This document shows positions 46,595 through 55,452 of a DNA stretch of 64,000 nt, piece by piece. Every line of letters starts with the position of its first letter. The first letter of the stretch is position 1. Location of the stretch: the IMG/VR virus record IMGVR_UViG_3300014208_000006, positions 1,557 to 65,556 of that record; one strand, given 5' to 3'. Both the position numbers and the translations under genes were made by a program. Under the pieces are notes generated by a model that was not told the origin of the DNA, searched no databases, and worked only from the letters and a program-made list of their open reading frames with translations. Source of the DNA: a virus (taxonomy: Duplodnaviria > Caudoviricetes).

Positions 46595-46963
46595 AGAGTG
46601 TTTGCGCTTCGTCTCGTCGCCCAGGGTGCGCCAGTGCGCGAGGAACGCCGACGGCTTGATGCAAAGCCGGCCATGTCTGACGATCACATCCAGCTTCACG
46701 TCCGGATCGTCGCGCCATTGAACAAAGCGCGACTTGCTCGCCCACGGCTTGAAGAGTTCGACGGGCGAGTATTCGTCACTGAGCAGCGACAGCACGAGCG
46801 AGAGTCCGGCCCGCTGCACGCGCTGGCCTTCCTCCATGAGCACGTCCACGAGCTTGCGGGCATCCTCGCCTACCTCGGAGCCGGCTCCTTGAATGAAGGA
46901 TTCAGCCTGCTTGAGGGCGGCAAGCGCGCGGGTGCGGTCGGGTGCTGTGACGATGCTGGGCAT
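46502..46963 (-). CDS. Hypothetical protein, possible excisionase-like winged helix
   Basis: SKSRFVQW..IVRHGRLCIKPSAF. Confidence 0.45.
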   Translation of the reverse strand: MPSIVTAPDRTRALAALKQAESFIQGAGSEVGEDARKLVDVLMEEGQRVQRAGLSLVLSLLSDEYSPVELFKPWASKSRFVQWRDDPDVKLDVIVRHGRLCIKPSAFLAHWRTLGDETKRKHSASAGNSSGKTPSSPGGQVGNNARTAKAARG

Positions 46964-46965
46964 GG

Positions 46966-48336
46966 TCAGGCGAGCGTGAACTCGTTGGGCTTGGCGGTCT
47001 CGGGCTTGGCGTGCGCGTCGTGCGAGAGGACGTTTTCGGCGGGGGCCTCGGCTTTACCCGCAACCTCGCCGTTCTCGATGATGATCGAGCAGGCGTCATC
47101 CTTTCCGACGCGCTCAACGAACACCTGCAGATTGTGCTCGGCGGCGAGTTCGGCCAGAAGCGTCATGCTTTTCGCGTCCAGCAGTGAGCCGTCGCGGACG
47201 ATCATCACACGGAGCTTCGGATTGAGCGCGGCCGACATTGCGACGGAGATGCGCAGTTGCTGGGCGCCGGAAGCCTGGGCGAAGGGGATGCCCTGATAGG
47301 TCACGCCGTTCTCGTCAAAGCTGAGGCCAGCGATCGGGAACTTGGCAGAGGAGAGCACCGACTCCTTGTTCTTGTCGATGGCCTCGATCTTGAGCGTGAG
47401 GTCCGCGGCCTTGGCCTGATGGCCCTTGAGTGCGGTAATGGCGTCCTCGCGGAGCGTGTTCTCGTGAACCTGCTTGTTGGTCACGGCGGCGCCGGCCAGC
47501 TTGGCGCGGATCGGGGCCTCGTCGGTGGGCTTGAACTCGTAATCGGCGGCAATGGCTGCGTCGTGTTCTGCGGCAACCGCCTTTTCCATGGCTTCCTGCG
47601 GGGCGATCATTTCGCGCGTCTGGCGAAGACGCTCCTCTAGGTCCAAAATCTCGCGGCGAATCATGGCGGTCTTCTGCCGTTGGTCTTTCAACGAGGACGC
47701 CTTGGCGCTGATCTTCTCCGTAAGGTCGTGCTTGGTCGCATTATGCTTCTGCGCCGCCTCAAGTTCGGCCATCACGTCCGCCGTGCTAACCTCGAAAGCG
47801 GGGGCGTCCTTGTGAAACGGCATCTGTTCAACGCGAGCGGAGACCTGCGCGACGGTCCGGTTGACGAGGGTGCGCTCATCATAGAGGGCCTTGCGGCTGC
47901 TGTCCTGCGCGCTGAAGTCGATGCCGACCAGCTTGCGGAGCGCCGCGGCCTGCTTGGTCGCGTCCAGGCGGGTGAAGGCCAGCGGGTCGAACATGAGCTT
48001 GCCGGTCAGCGCGTCCAGCATGGCCTGCGGACTGGGGTAGCGGGCGCCGTCCTTGTTCTCCACGACGAGGGCCGTGCCGCCGGCTGCCGTAAAGGTCCGC
48101 TTGATGATCAGGCCGTTGTCGAGTTCGGCGATGATCTTGGCGTTCTTCTGGCCCTTGCGGACGGGCATCACCGGGATCTCGTCGCCGCCGCCGAAAGCCA
48201 TGGCGATGGAGTCGAGCACGGAGGTTTTGCCTGCCGCATTGTCGCCAGCGATGACGACGACGTTGCCCTGCGGGGTGATGGTGACGGCGGTCAAACGCTT
48301 GATGTTCTCGGCCTGTAATGCGATGATCTTGGTCAT
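46966..48336 (-). CDS. SMC/RecN-like ABC-type ATPase
   Basis: L.AENIKR, GDNAAGKTSVLD, coiled coil, SGAQ signature, IVRDGSLLD. Confidence 0.85.
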   Translation of the reverse strand: MTKIIALQAENIKRLTAVTITPQGNVVVIAGDNAAGKTSVLDSIAMAFGGGDEIPVMPVRKGQKNAKIIAELDNGLIIKRTFTAAGGTALVVENKDGARYPSPQAMLDALTGKLMFDPLAFTRLDATKQAAALRKLVGIDFSAQDSSRKALYDERTLVNRTVAQVSARVEQMPFHKDAPAFEVSTADVMAELEAAQKHNATKHDLTEKISAKASSLKDQRQKTAMIRREILDLEERLRQTREMIAPQEAMEKAVAAEHDAAIAADYEFKPTDEAPIRAKLAGAAVTNKQVHENTLREDAITALKGHQAKAADLTLKIEAIDKNKESVLSSAKFPIAGLSFDENGVTYQGIPFAQASGAQQLRISVAMSAALNPKLRVMIVRDGSLLDAKSMTLLAELAAEHNLQVFVERVGKDDACSIIIENGEVAGKAEAPAENVLSHDAHAKPETAKPNEFTLA

Positions 48337-48677
48337 TTTGATTCGGGGTTGAGTTGCCAAAGTGTCTTCGGGCTGCCGTTGCTGCTCTCCACGGAGCGAT
48401 AGCCCACGGCGACAATGATGCCCTCACGCTTGCACCGCATGGCGATCGAGCCCCACGCGCGATCATCCGGGGCCTTCTCGACCGAGACGCCAAGGCGAAC
48501 ATCCTCGGTGGTGAACTGGCGCGTGCTGCCCGTGGTCTTCGCGTAGGCGACAAAGGCATCGTAGGCGGCTTTCACCCAGCCAGGGTTACGACGTTCGGCC
48601 GCATCCGCACAGGCTTGGGCAGCCATCACGCCGCGCTTTTGCGCCACCTTCAACGGGAGTTCGGTTTGGGTGGTCAT
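48333..48677 (-). CDS. Hypothetical winged-helix protein
   Basis: FTTEDVR..RAWG..A..G.I..VGY. Confidence 0.6.
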   Translation of the reverse strand: MTTQTELPLKVAQKRGVMAAQACADAAERRNPGWVKAAYDAFVAYAKTTGSTRQFTTEDVRLGVSVEKAPDDRAWGSIAMRCKREGIIVAVGYRSVESSNGSPKTLWQLNPESK

Positions 48678-48790
48678 GCGGTTCTACGAATGAAGCAGAC
48701 GAGCATTGAGCCAAAGAGCCGGTAGCACCGTTTACCGTCGTAGGTCGCATAGGCGCTCTTGCGCCACCAGAAATCGAGGATGCGGCTCAC
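48674..48790 (-). CDS. Small hypothetical protein
   Basis: GTG start overlapping upstream stop. Confidence 0.35.
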   Translation of the reverse strand: MSRILDFWWRKSAYATYDGKRCYRLFGSMLVCFIRRTA

Positions 48791-48993
48791 GACATCACCT
48801 CGCGTTTCATCTCTTCCTTGTGGGTCTCGAGATAAGCGAGCATGTGGACGCCGGCCTTGCGGGTCTCGGCGGAAAGCTTTTGCGCAGCGTGCAATCGGCA
48901 CATCGTCCGCATGTGGTCGAACATCTCGTTGAACGCGGCCTCGCGGATTATCGCCGGGGGGAGAGCGGGGATATTGAGGGCGGGGGCTTTCAT
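48787..48993 (-). CDS. Hypothetical protein
   Basis: 68 aa. Confidence 0.55.
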   Translation of the reverse strand: MKAPALNIPALPPAIIREAAFNEMFDHMRTMCRLHAAQKLSAETRKAGVHMLAYLETHKEEMKREVMS

Positions 48994-49175
48994 TTGCTGC
49001 CCTCGATGCGGTAGCGGATCACCGCTTCCTTGATTTCGTCGTCCTTCCGGTGGCGCGCGAAAAACTCTTCGAGTGCGAGCTTCACCATATCAGGCTGCTT
49101 GAGTCCGGTGCGCCGGCTGATTGAGGTAAGTTTCTTCTGCAGCGCACCTAAGCGAACAGATGTCGGGGTTGGCAT
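48990..49175 (-). CDS. RHH regulator (Cro-like role)
   Basis: TSVRL..KKL..ISRRTGLKQPDMVKLALEEFF. Confidence 0.65.
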   Translation of the reverse strand: MPTPTSVRLGALQKKLTSISRRTGLKQPDMVKLALEEFFARHRKDDEIKEAVIRYRIEGSK

Positions 49176-49200
49176 GACCCGCAGCAAAAGCTTATTGAAA

Positions 49201-49285
49201 ACTACAGTCAACTACCATCTACTACTTCTGACTACGCAGGTAGGTAATGACCCTATACTGAAATGCTTTACATACTGTTTGTAGT
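49201..49285. promoter_or_regulatory. Operator array: four ACTAC boxes at exact 10-bp pitch plus an inverted GTAGT
   Basis: ACTAC at 49201, 49211, 49221, 49231; GTAGT at 49281; TATACT -10-like hexamer at 49254. Confidence 0.65.
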
Positions 49286-49303
49286 TGTTATCTGTTTTGG
49301 TAG

Positions 49304-49624
49304 ATGAAGTCGAAGATTCCACGCAGCGTAAGGCTTACTGAGACAACCGAAACCCGGCTGTCCGGCCTGTTCAAGGAGTGCGCCGGCTTGGCCTTCCCCG
49401 AGATACTTAATATCGCCGTGGATGATTTTATCGACCGCTGGAATGCTGGCGAAAGACCTGTCTGGACTCCAAACGGCATGCGCCTTCGCGTGCTCAGGGA
49501 GAGCGAAAACGTCGATTCCCGGAAAGAATCAGACACCAGAAAGGACAGGTCTTTAGATCCCCCTAAACGGGGGACGCGCAAATCCGGCATCGGGCCAGAT
49601 GTTGCTTTTCGACGCTCCGCCTGA
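49304..49624 (+). CDS. RHH regulator (repressor-like)
   Basis: RSVRLTETTETRL..F..LAFPEILNIAVDDFIDRW; divergent from 49175. Confidence 0.65.
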   Translation: MKSKIPRSVRLTETTETRLSGLFKECAGLAFPEILNIAVDDFIDRWNAGERPVWTPNGMRLRVLRESENVDSRKESDTRKDRSLDPPKRGTRKSGIGPDVAFRRSA

Positions 49625-49681
49625 AAAGCAGTCTTTGCCGGAAGAACAGCACAAGGCGGACATCCTGTTATTCCCAGACCT

Positions 49682-49816
49682 GTGGACGATAGACCAGAAG
49701 AACCCCCGCGTGAAGTAGAGCGCCAGCGCGACGAACTGAAGGCTGCGCTGGTCGGCCTGCTGATCGCCGCGACCGTCGGACCGTTTATTTACTGGCTGAT
49801 GGACGCTTTGCGGTAG
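49682..49816 (+). CDS. Small single-TM protein
   Basis: DDRPEE..ALVGLLIAATVGPFIYWLM; GTG start; not in track. Confidence 0.35.
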   Translation: MDDRPEEPPREVERQRDELKAALVGLLIAATVGPFIYWLMDALR

Positions 49817-50276
49817 CGGCCTGCAACTCCTGCTCTTTCTTCACGCGCCGGGCCCAGGTGTGGAGATGATCGACCATCTGCGCGAAGTCCTCGTTGAGCT
49901 CATAGGCTTCCGCGATAGCCTCCATTTTCCTCCGCTGCGGTTCACTCCAAGGGGCCTGGCCGTCGGTGATCGAGAAAGGCGATTCGCCCTTCTGCATGTG
50001 CAGGATCATCGGCCGATACTTCATCGGCGTCATGTCATGCAGGAATGCCACGATCAGGTCACACTGCTCCCGCGGATCGTCGCTGATGGCCTCGGCGATG
50101 GCCTGCAGCTTGTCGTGCTCGATGTAGGTCCACAGGCCCTGCTTCCAGCGGGTGAACTGCGATGCCGGGGTGTTCTTGAGGCTCTTCACGAGCTGGCGGA
50201 CCGGGATACCCTTCTGCTCGAGCTTGGCGGCACACAGCGCGCCGAAGCTGATCTTCGCGGATGACATTTGGGGCAT
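49785..50276 (-). CDS. XRE/cI-like HTH repressor
   Basis: FG..L.QKG..VRQL..L..SQFTRWKQG..L..IAEAI. Confidence 0.7.
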   Translation of the reverse strand: MPQMSSAKISFGALCAAKLEQKGIPVRQLVKSLKNTPASQFTRWKQGLWTYIEHDKLQAIAEAISDDPREQCDLIVAFLHDMTPMKYRPMILHMQKGESPFSITDGQAPWSEPQRRKMEAIAEAYELNEDFAQMVDHLHTWARRVKKEQELQAATAKRPSASK

Positions 50277-50334
50277 GCCCCACCTATGAAACCTATTTTG
50301 CGAATGTCCACCCCGAATGCCGGACCACCTAAAT

Positions 50335-50661
50335 TCAGGTGGTTCGCAGCGCCGGTGTCCTTCCCAGCCTACCCGGGGCGTTCCTGAGCCCGAGCGGACG
50401 CAGCCGGCGGTCAACCGATTCCCTCGAAACACAGAGCACCGCGGCGATGAACGCTGACTTGTGGCGCCGGATCGCCATGCCGATGATCAGAGACTCGAGA
50501 CCGGTCATGCGTTCGCGCACCCTCGTAGCCTCGTCGCCCGTCGGATAGTGGCCGGCACGGAACCGGTCTCCCTCCTCCGGGCTGGGCTTGCTCCAGTCTC
50601 CGGCCCAGGATGACGGATCCCCGAGGCGGTCGCGGTAAAGGCTGCGGTCGAGGGTCAGCAT
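50335..50661 (-). CDS. HTH protein (LuxR-like C-terminus; possible activator)
   Basis: KSAFIAAVLCVSRESVDRRLR. Confidence 0.5.
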   Translation of the reverse strand: MLTLDRSLYRDRLGDPSSWAGDWSKPSPEEGDRFRAGHYPTGDEATRVRERMTGLESLIIGMAIRRHKSAFIAAVLCVSRESVDRRLRPLGLRNAPGRLGRTPALRTT

Positions 50662-50942
50662 TGGGCTGTGCGGGTGAGCGGCGCCGGCAGGAAGTCGGGC
50701 ACCGAAGTTATCTGCACCGACCTCCGGGCCGGATCGAAGTTGAAATGCACGTCGGCCTTCAGGTGAATCTCGGTCCCGCCGGCCTCGATCGCGTAGCCGC
50801 GCAGACGGTAGTATTCCATCGCGACCATTCGGCGGAACTGCTCAACCGCGGCATCGACAAACAATTTCTCCGAGGTTCGGATCTCGTCGGCCAGGCTCTC
50901 CTGAGTCTGACCCTCCTGCGCGGGTGAAGTGGATTTCGACAT
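50655..50942 (-). CDS. Hypothetical protein
   Basis: MSKSTS start. Confidence 0.55.
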   Translation of the reverse strand: MSKSTSPAQEGQTQESLADEIRTSEKLFVDAAVEQFRRMVAMEYYRLRGYAIEAGGTEIHLKADVHFNFDPARRSVQITSVPDFLPAPLTRTAQC

Positions 50943-50999
50943 TCGGCGTTGCCTAAGTTTAGCTATCTTGCGAATTCTGCTTTCCAAGCTAAAAAGCAA

Positions 51000-51033
51000 A
51001 ACCCTCTCGGAAGTTGCGCTTCGCGAGAGGGTT
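51000..51033 (-). terminator. Terminator downstream of attP tRNA fragment
   Basis: AACCCTCTCG-GAAG..CTTC-G-CGAGAGGGTT hairpin followed by a T-rich tail on the minus strand. Confidence 0.7.
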
Positions 51034-51038
51034 AAAAG

Positions 51039-51085
51039 TGGTGCGGGCATAGGGAGTCGAACCCCAAACCTCCAGATTCGTAGTC
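51039..51085 (-). mobile_element. attP core = 3' half of tRNA-Arg(ACG)
   Basis: GACTACGAATCTGGAGGTTTGGGGTTCGACTCCCTATGCCCGCACCA: anticodon loop, T arm and CCA, but no 5' half; 160 bp upstream of integrase. Confidence 0.85.
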
Positions 51086-51244
51086 AGCAAAACTGGCAAC
51101 ACATAGCGCCACACTTAGGAGCGCCACGGGCTATCACCCTAAACGGTGTTCGCTATATAGCGCTATACGCTTTTCGGTTTGCAATGTTCTTGCCTAAGTG
51201 ACGTTTTGAGGATTTGCCTAAGTTTTGCCCAAGGAGACGACGAT

Positions 51245-52519
51245 ATGCACGATGAATCCACCCAGTTCCTGACCCGAAATCTCAGCGTGTCCGTGTGGCG
51301 CGCACCCTTCGCCGACAAGACCGGCGCACAGTGCTGGGGCAATCAGTGGTATTGCCGGAAGATGGTCGCCGGGAAGTCCGTCCGGTTCCCGCTCGGCACC
51401 AATAAGCGCACCGCCGAGAAGCTGGCCGAAGAGATTACCGCGTTCCTGTCGATCCCGACCAACACCCTCGACATGGCGTTGGCGAAATACAACCCGCGCC
51501 GCGCCGCGCGCAACAACCACGTCGCGACGTTCACGGACATTGTGACCACTTACGAGAGCGCGCTGGGCATCATCGGCCGGAAGGGCAAGCCGGTCAGCGC
51601 GTCCAGCTTCAAGGGCTACAAATCGTTTCTGGCGTCCCTGCTCCGCAAGGTGGAGTCCTACCGGACCGGCAAGCCATTCGTGTCCTTCTTCGGAAAGAGC
51701 AACGTCGATTACTCGCCCTGGTTCGATCAGCCGACCGACATCCTTACGACGAAGTTCGCGATGGACTTCAAACTGGCGTCGATCCCGCAGGACGACGATG
51801 CCGACGAGGACGACATCCTGACGGCCAAGATCACCGCGGACACGACACTGCGCAATGCCCGCGCCTTCTTCTCCAAGATGGCTGTGCGCTACTACAAGGA
51901 GGTTGGGCTGAAGCTGCCGGACCTGAGCGGCTTCATGTCCGAGCCGGATTTCGGGGCGAAGCGCTACTTTGAGCTGCTTCCGGCTGAAGTGATCGTTGCC
52001 GTGATGCGCGCCTCGATCGAACTCAGGATTGCCGACGTGGACACCTACCGGGCGTTCCTGCTCTGCATGCACTGCGGGTTCCGCCGGGCCGAGGCAATCG
52101 CGTTCAAGCCCCATTGGCTCCGGCAGGACGACCGGCCCATGATTCACATTGTCGCCGGCGGAGACTTCAAGCCGAAGCACGGGCACAGCCGCAAGATCGT
52201 CATCGAGCAATGGGTGTTCGACCTGCTCAAGGAGCTCGGACCGGTGAAGGACACGGCATCGCTCGACAGGCTGAACGAATGGATGAAGGACTTGATCCCC
52301 GCGGAGTTTGCGGTCAGCAAGGCCGTGCATGAGATGCGCAAGCTCTTCATCAGCTTCAAGGCCAAGACCGAGGGCATCCATGCCGCGGCGAACCAGGCCG
52401 GGCATCGCGACGTGAAGGTGACGACTCAACACTATGCCGATTCGATGATGAGCGAGCGCCTACTTCCGCTCTGGAAGCAGCCGACGGAATCTGCTATCTT
52501 ACAATTCAAAATCGCATGA
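51245..52519 (+). CDS. int: Tyrosine integrase
   Basis: CGFRRAEA (R), KPKHG (K), HEMRK (HxxR), AGH..VTTQHY (H, Y). Confidence 0.9.
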   Translation: MHDESTQFLTRNLSVSVWRAPFADKTGAQCWGNQWYCRKMVAGKSVRFPLGTNKRTAEKLAEEITAFLSIPTNTLDMALAKYNPRRAARNNHVATFTDIVTTYESALGIIGRKGKPVSASSFKGYKSFLASLLRKVESYRTGKPFVSFFGKSNVDYSPWFDQPTDILTTKFAMDFKLASIPQDDDADEDDILTAKITADTTLRNARAFFSKMAVRYYKEVGLKLPDLSGFMSEPDFGAKRYFELLPAEVIVAVMRASIELRIADVDTYRAFLLCMHCGFRRAEAIAFKPHWLRQDDRPMIHIVAGGDFKPKHGHSRKIVIEQWVFDLLKELGPVKDTASLDRLNEWMKDLIPAEFAVSKAVHEMRKLFISFKAKTEGIHAAANQAGHRDVKVTTQHYADSMMSERLLPLWKQPTESAILQFKIA

Positions 52520-52815
52520 ACCGCCGCACATTCATCATCTCCTCGTTCATGTTCGGTCTGCTGCTGGCTGTCGGCGTGAAGCCGAAGCATGTTCCTGAGC
52601 GCCAAAGGCCGGCATCTGTATGGATCAACAACTGCGTATTTTCGTTTGACCGCGGCGCAACATGGACGGACGTGGTGCCGCCGAACGGGACTCCGATTGA
52701 GCGGATATACTCACCGAGAGGAACCTACGTTGAGCAGACCAATCCCATGCACATGCCGTCGCTGCACGCCAAGCTGATCGGGCCGAACCGTGTCGAGTGG
52801 CACGCCTCATTATGA
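52516..52815 (+). CDS. Small Tat-signal protein with Asp-box
   Basis: MNRRTFII, hydrophobic core, SFDRGATW; translationally coupled to int. Confidence 0.65.
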   Translation: MNRRTFIISSFMFGLLLAVGVKPKHVPERQRPASVWINNCVFSFDRGATWTDVVPPNGTPIERIYSPRGTYVEQTNPMHMPSLHAKLIGPNRVEWHASL

Positions 52816-53099
52816 ACCGCCGCACCTTCCTCTCCCGCCTGCTGGTCGGCCTGCTCGCCGCTCCGGTTATCGCCAAGGTTATCAGCGAGCCGAAGCCGGT
52901 GGGGCTATACTTCGATGGCGTGAACGACTATATGCGCTGCAAGCCGTTTAAGCTGGATGGCCAGCAGACGGTGCGCTTCGTTCCCGGCGTCAGCGGCAAC
53001 TACGCCAGCGCGCCGGATTCTGCCATGCTCACCATCACGGGCGACCATGAGTGGTTCTTCGACGGCAAGACGCTGCGCCACATCGCCCGGTCCTGCTGA
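52812..53099 (+). CDS. Small Tat-signal protein with LamG tail-derived motifs
   Basis: MNRRTFLS; FDGVNDY and GVSGNYASAPDS..TITGD. Confidence 0.7.
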   Translation: MNRRTFLSRLLVGLLAAPVIAKVISEPKPVGLYFDGVNDYMRCKPFKLDGQQTVRFVPGVSGNYASAPDSAMLTITGDHEWFFDGKTLRHIARSC

Positions 53100-53122
53100 T
53101 ATTGCGGTGAATAGCCTGGCAT

Positions 53123-53148
53123 AAAAAGGCCCCGACCGTGGCCGGGGC
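53123..53148 (-). terminator. Intrinsic terminator ending the late operon
   Basis: GCCCCG-8nt-CGGGGC followed by TTTTT on the minus strand. Confidence 0.7.
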
Positions 53149-53177
53149 TCGCTCCGCTTGGAGGCGCTTTGCTGCCG

Positions 53178-53432
53178 TTACTCGGTCGGCGTCAGATCGA
53201 CATAGAACTTCTGGCCCGGGACGAATTGCCCGAAGAGGGCAGGATTCGTTATCTCCAGCTTCATGTCGCCTGATGGGGTCCAGCGCGCGAAGGAATTATC
53301 CTCCGATTCGCCGTTCGGGCCGAATGGCTGCTTGCCGCACACGCAGGAGAACTTGACCGTCTCCGAGTAGCGACTTTGAGCCGGATCGTATGGAACGACC
53401 GTCTGAACCTGCATCTTTGCTCTGGTTGTCAT
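53178..53432 (-). CDS. Conserved small phage protein
   Basis: RAKM..EDN.FA.WTPSG..L.ITNP..F.PG..FYVDLTP. Confidence 0.7.
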   Translation of the reverse strand: MTTRAKMQVQTVVPYDPAQSRYSETVKFSCVCGKQPFGPNGESEDNSFARWTPSGDMKLEITNPALFGQFVPGQKFYVDLTPTE

Positions 53433-53472
53433 TTTGGTTTGTTTCTCCGGCAACGTTATGCCGCCGGAAAGT

Positions 53473-55257
53473 CTAATCCGCCCCGCCCGAGGCATATCCG
53501 ATCTTCGCATCCGAAATCAGCAGCCGCCCGGAGTTGAACACCACGGCGACGACGCGGATCCGGACCTTGTAGCCAAATAGATTGAGCGGCACCCGGAACG
53601 TGTCGTCATGCGCGCCATGGATGAGCCCCTTCCACTTGCCCGAGGTCCGGCCGGAGTCGGTTTCAGCGTAAACACCCACGTAGGCCCGGCTGCCACGCTC
53701 GAAGGAGAACTTGGCCTCGAGGAAGTTTTTGAAAACGCCGGGGGCGCCGATGTCCGTCCATGGGAATTCAAACCGCGCCAGATATGCGTTGTTGAAGAAC
53801 TGGGTGGGCGTGTAGCTGGCCGGCGTCAGCGTGGCCAGTGGGCCCAGCGGCGTCGCCAAGCCTACCGTATCGGCTCCCACGGTCTCTAGCGCGGTCGTCA
53901 GCACCCCATCGGAGTCAACCACCAAGGAAACGAAAGGAACGCCGGCAACAGGGGTTGGCGTGGCGACACCAATCGCGTAAGCAGCCCCCAGCGCCGTCCC
54001 CTTGGCTTCGAGGTCTTCCGCCTCTTGCTCGCCAATGTCCGCCAGGTCAGCGTAAAGGCACTCCCCGGCCTCGGTGATGACCGCGAGCATGCCGGCGCCC
54101 AAGGAACTGATCAGCGTGCTCACAATGGCCGCAGGATAGCGAATAGGGCCTGCCACGGTCCGAGTGCGCTCGTTGTAGACCCACAGCGCCGGCCGCTCGT
54201 CCAGGGAATTCGGGATGAACATCCAGAAAAGCCGGTTCTCTCGGTCGTAAAGGGTATGATAGCCGCTGGTCAGGATCGGACGCTTTGCCAGCTTGTTCCA
54301 GACGCCGGCGCCCTGCTCGGTGGCAATGTCGATCGCCCGACTCCCGCGCTTCTCGAACGGACCGGACCGGACGGCCTGATCCTGGTAAACCTCCAAGTCC
54401 CGCCCAAGGTAGAACGCGGCATCCCCCTGCAGGTCTTCCCCGCAGCAATGGGGGTTGATGGCACTGGCGTTGGCCGCGCTGGAGCTTTGCTGGCACTTCC
54501 AACCGTCAGCCGAGCCGTCCACGCCGTAAAGGTTCACCGGCTTGTCGTCGGTATGAACCGTGACGTATTGCTGAAAGACGGACAGGCTGGTGATGCGGGC
54601 TGCTTTGCCGCAGGGTGCCACGTCGATGTAGGAAATGGAGAGCGAGCGCACGCCGTCCACGAAGGTCTCGCCGGCATTGGGCGGATCGGAGATCCAGACG
54701 CGCATCGGGAGAGCCGCATTGCCGGCGGCGAAGATCGAGCGGTTGACGTGCTGGCGGAATACCGTGCAGGGCGGGATGCGGACGCGGGAGATGGTGTTGG
54801 GGCTGGCTGGCGTTGAAGCCGGACCAAAGACGGCCAAGCTGCCACCGGCGCCGCCAGACCACACAAGGTTGTCATTCCCGGTCACGCCGTTGCCCAAGAT
54901 GATGCGGCCGGCGATGGGCGAGGCAAACCACTCAGCGTCCGGGTCCTTGTCGCGGTAGACGGTCCCGGTGGTGGCCGTGATGACGACGCTGCCGGTGCTG
55001 TCGAGGTCGGCGTTGCTCGAGCTGCCACCGACGTAGAAGAAGCCGCGGCATGTGTGGTCCTGCAATGACCAGCAAACGAGAAAGGTATGGCCGTTCTTGG
55101 CGACCTTGACGAAGTGGGCCTTGGCTGCGTCGGCGCCGGAGAGCGCGGTCTCGATGTCGGAGCCGATGGCGGATTTGCCCCAGAGAAGTTTCCAGTTGGG
55201 ACCGGCACAGAGGGCGCCCTGGGGGTATGGGATGAGGTCGCAGATGCGCAACACGGT
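53473..55257 (-). CDS. Tail nozzle/DNA stabilization protein (beta-propeller type)
   Basis: ~594 aa, repeated beta-blade motifs, last large gene after head-tail genes; AGGA-GTG start. Confidence 0.6.
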   Translation of the reverse strand, partial: TVLRICDLIPYPQGALCAGPNWKLLWGKSAIGSDIETALSGADAAKAHFVKVAKNGHTFLVCWSLQDHTCRGFFYVGGSSSNADLDSTGSVVITATTGTVYRDKDPDAEWFASPIAGRIILGNGVTGNDNLVWSGGAGGSLAVFGPASTPASPNTISRVRIPPCTVFRQHVNRSIFAAGNAALPMRVWISDPPNAGETFVDGVRSLSISYIDVAPCGKAARITSLSVFQQYVTVHTDDKPVNLYGVDGSADGWKCQQSSSAANASAINPHCCGEDLQGDAAFYLGRDLEVYQDQAVRSGPFEKRGSRAIDIATEQGAGVWNKLAKRPILTSGYHTLYDRENRLFWMFIPNSLDERPALWVYNERTRTVAGPIRYPAAIVSTLISSLGAGMLAVITEAGECLYADLADIGEQEAEDLEAKGTALGAAYAIGVATPTPVAGVPFVSLVVDSDGVLTTALETVGADTVGLATPLGPLATLTPASYTPTQFFNNAYLARFEFPWTDIGAPGVFKNFLEAKFSFERGSRAYVGVYAETDSGRTSGKWKGLIHGAHDDTFRVPLNLFGYKVRIRVVAVVFNSGRLLISDAKIGYASGGAD

Positions 55258-55331
55258 CCTATCTTGATCCGTGGAGTTCTCGCGTGTTTCTACCGGCCTG
55301 AACGAAGATATGGGAAAGTATTCGATGTGTC

Positions 55332-55369
55332 ATGCTACCGAGCAAAAGACACGGTTCGGCGGTTGCATT
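55332..55369 (-). promoter_or_regulatory. Late promoter motif copy F
   Basis: AATGCAACCGCC, TAGCAT at 33-38. Confidence 0.55.
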
Positions 55370-55452
55370 TGCCTTGCCGTTCGTCATTCAGCGCACTTGG
55401 CTAAACAGCGAAAAGCCGCCCGTATTCAGCGAGCGGCCTTTCTACACCAGCC

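Noticed and set aside
51039-51110. Full tRNA-Arg gene
   Set aside because: No 5' acceptor strand or D arm and the anticodon stem is unpaired; it is an attP core
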